Translations under genes and position numbers: made by a program
Shown: positions 56,263-64,000 of the stretch, piece by piece
How positions within the stretch are numbered: the first letter of the stretch is position 1
Layout of the letters: every line of letters begins with the position of its first letter
The notes under the pieces: generated by a model
The model's input: the letters and a program-made list of their open reading frames with translations, nothing else
Database searches by the model: none
Told to the model about the DNA's origin: nothing
NCBI GenBank assembly: GCA_965637545.1
Contig: OZ281495.1
Coordinates: 22,568,001 to 22,632,000 of the forward strand
DNA length: 64,000 nucleotides
Direction: 5' to 3'
Origin: Phallusia mammillata
Lineage: Eukaryota

Positions 56263-58856
56263 TTAGCTCGAGCTTTCAGGCATGTTTGGTAGATGGTGTC
56301 CTTGAGCAATGGGCAAATTTTCTTGCATTACATTTTCGCTTGCATTTTGTAGATTTTCTGCAGCTGAACTTACGTTGATGTAGTTTGAACTTGCAGTATT
56401 ATTTCTGTGCTCAAACATCGTTGGTGCTGTGGTCTGAGGTGTAATAAAGCGATGCTGATCGGAAGCAAAATTTGTTTCCTGCAAATTCGGCTGATTCAAT
56501 TGCGGGTGTTGGCTCTGGTTAACCTTCTGAGCTGGATTATACGGATTCTGGTTCTCCCGTGTTGTTTGTGGATAACTATGTGCCATTGCAGCAGCGGCCT
56601 GAAATTGTTGGTTGATTGGTGTTTGGAATGGACCTGGAATGGTTTGGGTTAGACTTTGAGAAATGTTTCCTGGGCCATTATGCCTTGTAAATTATAAGAA
56701 ACGCAGATTTGATACAAATTTGACTAACCTGTGTTTAATATGTTTGGAGGGTTTTGAACGACATAAACTATCTGCTCTTCATCAGTAGTTGAATCCTATG
56801 CAATAAAAATAATTGTAACGGACAGTATAGCGCTCCCCTACAACAAAAACTTTTCCCGCCGTTGCAACCATTGCGCCATACATGCATTGTTACGACATAC
56901 ATGACAACCGTGTATGTATCCCACTTCAACAGCTTCCTTAATATTTCTACACGTGCAGACCAGTTAAAATTACAGTGGTATCTGAGTAAGTTGTGAGTGT
57001 ATTAAGTTGTGTTGTGGTGAATAATTTTATGTGCTGTATTAAGTAAGATTGTTTGACTGTTTTGTAGTTATGGAGTTATCTATAGTTCTTTGTTCTACTA
57101 TTTGGTTTAGGTCTGGGGTGGGCAACCTTTGTTACTGTGGGGCCAAATACAATTGTCAAAATTGGATTGCGGGCCGCACATGTGCAACACAAAGTGATTT
57201 TGCATTGTTGCTTACCAAATATGCTTAACTACAAGTATAATTCGTATTTGATTCTAGCCACATTTTGCAAGATCGCAGAAAACTAGCATCAGGCGCATCA
57301 ATCAGCTCAAAAGTATGTAATAATTGGACTCGTTTGCCAGTACTTTTGAAATCCAAGCGTCTCTGCGGGCCGCACAACCTTTAATGAAGCCGCAGGTTGC
57401 CCACCCCTGGTTTAGGTGGTCGAAAATAAATCACTCTTCATTTCAATAAAGTGCATGTGAAAGTGAAACTGACCGCTCTTATTCTGCCAGTCACGAGAAT
57501 GAAAGGTAGAATTAGCACAATGCTTGAATTCTACAATAATTCTGCTTTTCACCAATATCAAATACTCATTTATTTCGAAACAAATGTTGAATCCCCCTCC
57601 GAGTGAAAAAATTGTTAGCCCATTATTCCTCACCTCACAGCAACAGTCGCAACAGCAGCTGCAACATTCACATTGACTTTTGGCGTATAAAAAGCAACAA
57701 GATGCTGAAGCACTAACAATGCACATGACCATGGCCACAAAGCCCAAAACCGCACCAGCAAGTTCTGCACTGGTATGGACAGCATTTGTCTGCAAAATAA
57801 CAATGTGTTGGTGTTTTACTGTAATTTTTACTTACAATATTAATGGCAATGTTTACCAATGTTATAAGCCCCCAGGTGATTCCCAAAGTAAACAGAAGTG
57901 CAGAAAAATGTGTTGCTATAATTGCCAGTGCCATGTGTGCACGAACCTGCAACAATTGCACGTGATGATATTATTAAAGTAATTGTAAACGAAGGGTGAT
58001 GGCGTTTATCCTTTTTAGTTCGTGGGATAAGCTGCACGTAGAAAGATAAACAAGCAAAAAACAAACAATTTAAGTAGTCTTCCACAAATACCAAACTATC
58101 TGTCGCAGCTGCTCGTCCACAAGCCACTCCTAGTGATCCACTGATCACCGCCTGCAAGAATAAATTTAGTAAAAAGATAGTTTGGGCGTTTCCTCTTAAA
58201 TAATAATTCTACATTTTGCACGGATAAGCGATTAAATGTTAAAATATTCATTATTATAAATGTACTTGTAATACTGTGGACATACGCCTACCCATAATCC
58301 ACACCAAATTCCTTCTCCAAGAGACAATGGAAAATTCTGTAAAACAGATATACTCGATGTGGGAATCGCAGTTACGACTGATGCTATGCCAGAGAAGATG
58401 CAACTTGATCCCAGAAGAATTTCGGTAATCTAAAAAAAGTGATTTAGTGGAACATGTGAAAGCATCACAACCAATATACCCTGTATACATGGACATACAT
58501 ACATGTCCATTTCTCAATATAGCTAAACCTAAATCATACAACTAATGAAGAAACGAAAGATATATGTAAGGTATTCAAGTTGCTCGTATGTTTCTACTAT
58601 ATACTTATCCCATCTACTTGTTTGTAGGTACTTCAATACAAAACGTTCATACGCATAAGTAACATGGGTAAATGTTTGATCTACACAACTTTGTTGGTTT
58701 TAAATTTAATATTTGTTTCAAAGCACATCTTAATTTATAAATTCAAATATTTACCCCGAATCCCAACATCAGTCGCCGCTTGTGCTGCAAATACCTTCTT
58801 TCTTCGTTTAGGCCGATTCTACCCACTATTTTCGGAACATTTCTCGATGAATCCAT
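56263..58856 (-). CDS. MS4A/CD20-like four-transmembrane protein with a Cys-rich juxtamembrane tail
   Basis: Exons 58856-58755, 58429-58292, 58151-58092, 57946-57836, 57789-57634, ~56796-56730 and ~56670-56263. CD20-family-like motifs are LGFGITEILLG, GEGIWCGLW and ISGSLGV. There are four hydrophobic helices and a long Q/N/P-rich C-terminus. Confidence 0.75.
57113..57409. mobile_element. hAT MITE in an intron of the MS4A-like gene
   Basis: TIRs CTGGGGTGGGCAACC and GGTTGCCCACCCCTG, with a perfect 8-bp TSD gtttaggt (57105-57112 and 57410-57417). Confidence 0.9.
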
Positions 58857-60231
58857 CTTCAAATCCTCCAAGTACGTATTGGTCCAACTAGATCTTGGTC
58901 AGGTAAGCGCGGTAGACAAGTATTTGATGTTGGATTTGAATTTTGGTATGTTAAAGAAAGAAGAAAATCCACTCTCAACTAGCACAATATTTGATGTTAC
59001 GATTTACATATGTTTAATATCAGATGTTTGACTAACGTGTAGCAAATAATTCAGCCTTTTGTGTTTCGCCAGAAGGGAACATATGGAACCGCAGTAAAAT
59101 TAGCAAAATACTTTATGAGAATGTACAAAAGTGCCATTGTACGATGAGGCGTTTGTGTAATAAAGGTGTGTGTTTTGTGTTGGTTTGTTTAATGAATCTG
59201 TTTTATGATGCCAGTGCAAAACAACATATTTTTCATGTCTTCCTGACAAAATTTCCATTTGCTATCATGGACTAATTTCAGAGCCCATAATTGGTTTAAA
59301 TTTAAATCCTGTTATAGCTGGTGCGAACAATCGGATGTCGCCCTTTATAAAGTTTCAAGATTCTAAAATAGGCATTTTGTGTGTTGAAAAGCTATAAAAA
59401 GCTCTTGTTTGTGACTGCAAGAGCAAATTTAGACATACGCTTTTAATTTTATCCAGCGCCCCAGGGTATTGGACTTGCACAATTTTAAGCTATTCGAAAT
59501 GTGTCGTCACTGCCGCGTCTAACTTTTTTTTCAAACACAAATCGGGATGGAGCCACTTTTAACCCGAAATCAACGCAGCAAAAAATATATTTATTTTGGG
59601 GACTTCCGTGATTTACGATATTACATATTCGCAATAATGTAAAGGGAAATAGAAAAACGGATTTGGAATTTTTCTGAAAAAAGCGCAGTCTAGTACGAAT
59701 GGCTTGAGTTCAGCTTGACATTTTACTTACAGCACGCAACTGTTTAATGGGAAAACTTTTACCAGTGGTTACCAATCTCCTAATTTTTAAAAAAAAATGA
59801 CCCTCTTGTACTTTTTTGACCACTCGCTTTGGACAAAATGTAGATTTTTAGCAAAACTAAATCAAATAACTAAAAGTTTTACAATTTAAAAAGCATTACA
59901 AAATGCAATTGCCTTGTACATTCCACACCAACTTAGGTTTTCTCTCTCAAGTTCCCAAAGATACCACAAAACATCAAAGCAACATTTTAGAGATGGTTCA
60001 CTGGCGGGTCAAATGTTTTTATCTGGAAAAACGAAAAAAGCTTGTGTTGATGTGCGCATTTCCTCTGGTGGTTTCGTTTCAAAGGATGTTAAAAAAGATC
60101 AATCTGTGCACGACGATATTCAAACCAGCTCGGCGTTCGTGGCCTGCATACAACTTTAACAAGGAGGTGGAAAATCGTTTACTTAGTCTTCTGTGGTTTA
60201 AACTTGTTAACAATTGCAAAATTTAGGAAGA

Positions 60232-63200
60232 ATGAGACCGTTTTCATCACCGTTTTGTTACACACTGTTGGTGTTGTATTGTTCGGCCTTATTAAACAAA
60301 GGAGAAGGTAATACTAGTTTGTTTACAGAATCAAAAATCAAAATAAACCCAAGGTTTTATTTTTGCACAAAGTTTTAAAATGCCTAAAATTTGTTTTTAG
60401 AAATTTTAACTTAAAAAAGTTACGTCGAAATACAAGACGTGGCCATGGATATAATCTTAGTTACCTGCTTGCAGGAAAGAATGCTAAATAGTGGAGAATG
60501 TCGTGCATTAATGAACTTTTAACAATATATTTACCAAATAGTAATTGGTGCGTTGTTTTGCAGCGTGCAGTGATGTTCACGAAGATTGTGCATTCTTTAA
60601 ATCACAAGACTACTGCACGTCACCGACCTTTCAAAACTCAATGAAGGAATTGTGCAAGTTTACATGCAGGTTCTGCTCATTCGGTGAGATATTTTGGCTA
60701 CTACAATTTTTTCTAAAGAGGTCATGTTAAAGTAAAATGAATTTTCCCAGATAGTGCTTTAAATAACTACGTTTAACAGATATAGTGTTGTTGCCAGGCA
60801 TATTTCACAAACTTCCTTTTGGTGCAACAGAACTACACAAACAAAACATTCGAAGTTAATGTAAAAGTTTATTTTTGAAAATCATCCAAAAATATTGGAA
60901 CTTCTGGCTTTCAACGAATTAAAAACCTAATTTCTACATCGAATATAATTGAAAGTAAATCTTATATCTCTATGTAGGAACCTCGTGACCTAATGCGAGG
61001 CACGGCTTATTGTAATAATATTACCAGAAAAATTTTGATTTTGTTTAGTTACTGAGTGGAGTCAGTGGTCGCAATGGGGTGAATGCCTGGGAGAATGCAG
61101 AGCAAACAACACACAGGAGAGAACCCGGGTGTGTCAAAACGGAAACTCCTGCCAAGGTTCACCATCAGAAAAGAAGCGTTGCGTTGGTACACTCTGTCCA
61201 GCAGGTACTGTTTTGTTGTATTTTCGTTTTTCTTACGCGAAGTTTTATTGTAAGCGTTTAATAAAATTCGTTCATATAGCCTACATCCTGTAAATAAGCC
61301 TGTGTGTTGCAGAATTGAAGTTTAGATCTCAATTTCTTTAATAATGCGGCATCATTTAAGCAGAGTTAAAGTCATTGTGTATAAGCATTCATTACTGCAA
61401 AGAGCTGGATATCATAAATAGCGATCCTAATCCAAACTTAAAATAGCTGCACCAATTACGACGTTTCGTGGTACCGAATAGTCCGAAACCAAAATTTGCG
61501 AGAAACTGAATATTTTAGTTGATTCGTTAATAAACCGGAGCACGGCCCAACAAATATACTTTCAAATTATTTATGTTGTGTGACACGAATAGTTCCAAGA
61601 AAAATCAAAATTGGGCTCCAACGTGTGTTTTTTCAGGCTCATGGGGAAGATGGACCGCTTGGAGCAACTGTGTGGGACCCTGCGGTTCTACTGGTAGGAA
61701 GAAAAGAACCCGACCATGCGGTACTTGGTTTAGTTGCAATGATACGCAAACCGTTACCACATCTTGTTCAAAGTCTTGTGGTGAAAGTAAGTTGATTTAT
61801 CGATATAACTTTAAAATCGCCCTTTGTTTGTTTTTTCTGTAACGCCTCCGAGATGACCCAATGGTGAATGCAGACCGCCGTGATATTTTTCCTAAAAAAC
61901 TCAGAATTGACCATGTATTCACCCAGTGGGGCTTTAAAGTATAAATTAAATCGAAATCACTAAGTACAACTAAACAAAAAACAACCAATCAGTATCGCAA
62001 TGGGCCAGGCAACTCGGCGACAGAAATATTGTAAGTACATCAAAACCGCCCAATGAAGATAAATATGTAACAAACAAGCTAACAAGTGTCACTTGGGTAA
62101 TGACGTATTGTAGGAGTGGATTGAAATCCAAATATTGCTGATTAGTCAAATGTTTGGATGCACTCACACCACATAAAGCACAGATAATGTTTAAAACTGA
62201 AAGGCTACTACAAAATTTCCTCATTTTAAATTAACAAACCAAAACATTTCGTTATAAAACTGACTAGACTCCATCATCTTGGTAAAGCACTTGATTGTCT
62301 TGTAATATTGTTCCTCAACATCATGCAGCAGATGCTTCATGGGGAAAATGGGCACCGTGGAGTAAATGTAAAGGACACTGTGGCACAAGAGGGAAAAAAA
62401 GCAGAAAACGCGAATGCGAAAATGGACAGTCTTGTGTTGGTTCAAATACAAAAACGAGAAGATGTTCTGTTCCTGCATGCCAAACTGGTGGTAATTTTTT
62501 GCCTTTAATTTTACAACCAGAGCAGAGTTTATTTAATGAATGATCATGTAAAAACGGTAAAAGAGTTATCTTTAAAATGAAAACGACCCACAGGACATGC
62601 TTTACCATAGTTTAGTGTTTAGTGTTATTTGGTATAATTTAGATCTTTGAAACAGATTGGAGCAGTTGGAGTAAGTGGGGAACCTGTGGAGCCCGATGTG
62701 GCAGAGTAGGCACAAAACTAAGAACGCGCAGTTGTCAGAATGGCAACGACTGTCCAGGGTCTGCTACAAGCTTACAATTCTGCACAGGTCCTTGTGCACA
62801 AGGTAACATTTATAAAAAAATTAAGAAGTGTTTTATCGCAGCAGTTCCCAAACGGAGATCTGCGGCATAAACATGGCTTCCAATCTGTTTTGCTGCATGA
62901 TCGTGCTATACTGAATTAGTTGAAAGTAAAATAGAACTTAAAATATAAACAGGCAGTACGTTTCACGCAAATAGCTTTACACACCAAAGGTTTTTTCTCT
63001 TGCACGCAAATCTGATCAACTAATTTTAGTTATCTTTCCTTGTTTAAAAATATAGTGCTCTTACTGGACATAAGAGTTCTATATTAATCGTAAGATGTAC
63101 ACATCAGCCGTGCGTATTTAAACTAATAATTTCAGGACTCGTAAATTTTGATTTTAACAATATTACAGGCTATCAATCAAGATATGATTAAAACAAGTGC

Positions 63201-64000
63201 ATGTTTGAAACAGAATGGAGCAGTTGGGGTCAGTGGGGTACTTGTCGAGCTGCTTGTGGTACACGAGGCACAAAGGAAAGAACACGCACTTGTCGGAATG
63301 GCAACAACTGTCTAGGGTCCGCTACAAGCAGTCGAAACTGCAATGGACCTCCTTGCGCACAGGGTAACCTCGCATAGCCAATCTACTTTGACTGACAGGA
63401 AAATAAAGCTTTCATATGCACTTTATTTATTCCCTTCTATAACAATTTTTGTCACATATGTTAGCTCACAGAAATTATAACCTCAAAGTCAAAATATTTC
63501 CAGTTACAAATGTATAGAAACCTACTGCAAAAACAACTTGTACACTTATAACTGGCGTGAGTAGCTGGAGTAACAGATACTACGCAGCAATTTTCGAGGA
63601 TGATAAAGGAAAAACTGTCAAACACAAAGTTTAAAGTTATAACGCAACAATAAACGTGCGGTGCAATACCTACTTATTGGCGGGAAAGGATTTTACTGTT
63701 GTAAGGGAACGCTCCGCATCAACATGGTCAATCTTTTGTTGACAACTTGTTTTTCTATTTTATGAACTATAAATAACTTATAAAGGTGTCACCTGTAACG
63801 CAAATAACACCCGTGTTGTATTTTCTTGCCATTGCCGCCTCTTTAGTGAAAAACGTTGTTTTCCAGGTTGGAGCGGTTGGAGAACGTGGGGCTCGTGTGA
63901 CAAGACATGTGGTCGGGGGCAAAGGCGGCGCACGCGGTCTTGTCCCAATTCTAATGGTTGCACAGGAAGTGGATCGGAATCTGATATCTGTTTTTTGAGA
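60232..64000 (+). CDS. Secreted ShKT-domain + multiple thrombospondin type-1 repeat protein (3'-partial)
   Basis: Signal exon 60232-60307. ShKT exon 60564-60683 reads CSDVHEDCAFFKSQDYC...MKELCKFTCRFC. TSP1 exons with the WSxWSxC...R-R-R-C pattern are at 61049-61204, 61637-61786, ~62329-62487, 62656-62802, 63214-63363 and 63867 to the window end. Confidence 0.88.

Noticed and set aside
59903-60226. 107-aa ORF upstream of the ShKT-TSP1 gene
   Set aside because: No recognisable homology, and it ends at the acceptor preceding the real ATG. It is likely intronic or promoter DNA.

Overview
AT-rich, intron-dense animal genomic DNA, most likely an ascidian tunicate (inferred from compact introns and gene content, not proven). 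I assembled eight conventional spliced genes by hand from GT/GC-AG boundaries and reading-phase continuity. In order they are: an ERG/FLI1-type ETS factor (+), a MetX-fold Cys2-like serine/homoserine O-acyltransferase (+), prohormone convertase 2 (PCSK2, +), adenylate kinase 7 (-), an orphan CUB-like single-pass receptor (+), ninein-like (-), an MS4A/CD20-like tetraspan protein (-), and a secreted ShKT + thrombospondin-repeat protein (+, runs off the window). Non-coding features are two identical intronic tRNA-Lys(CTT) genes, five hAT-type elements with 8-bp TSDs (one nested in another, one inside a SINE), a pogo-type MITE and a tRNA-derived SINE family. The most striking item is a ninth gene: a two-exon antisense gene nested in intron 4 of PCSK2. 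It would encode an approximately 408-aa protein I do not recognise, with a signal-peptide-like N-terminus and many basic convertase-type sites. Other notable items are a fossil exon of a Cys2 paralog, a SINE bracketed by a copy of its own 3' tail, and CpG depletion confined to the 5' halves of three genes. No prokaryotic features or CRISPR arrays were seen.
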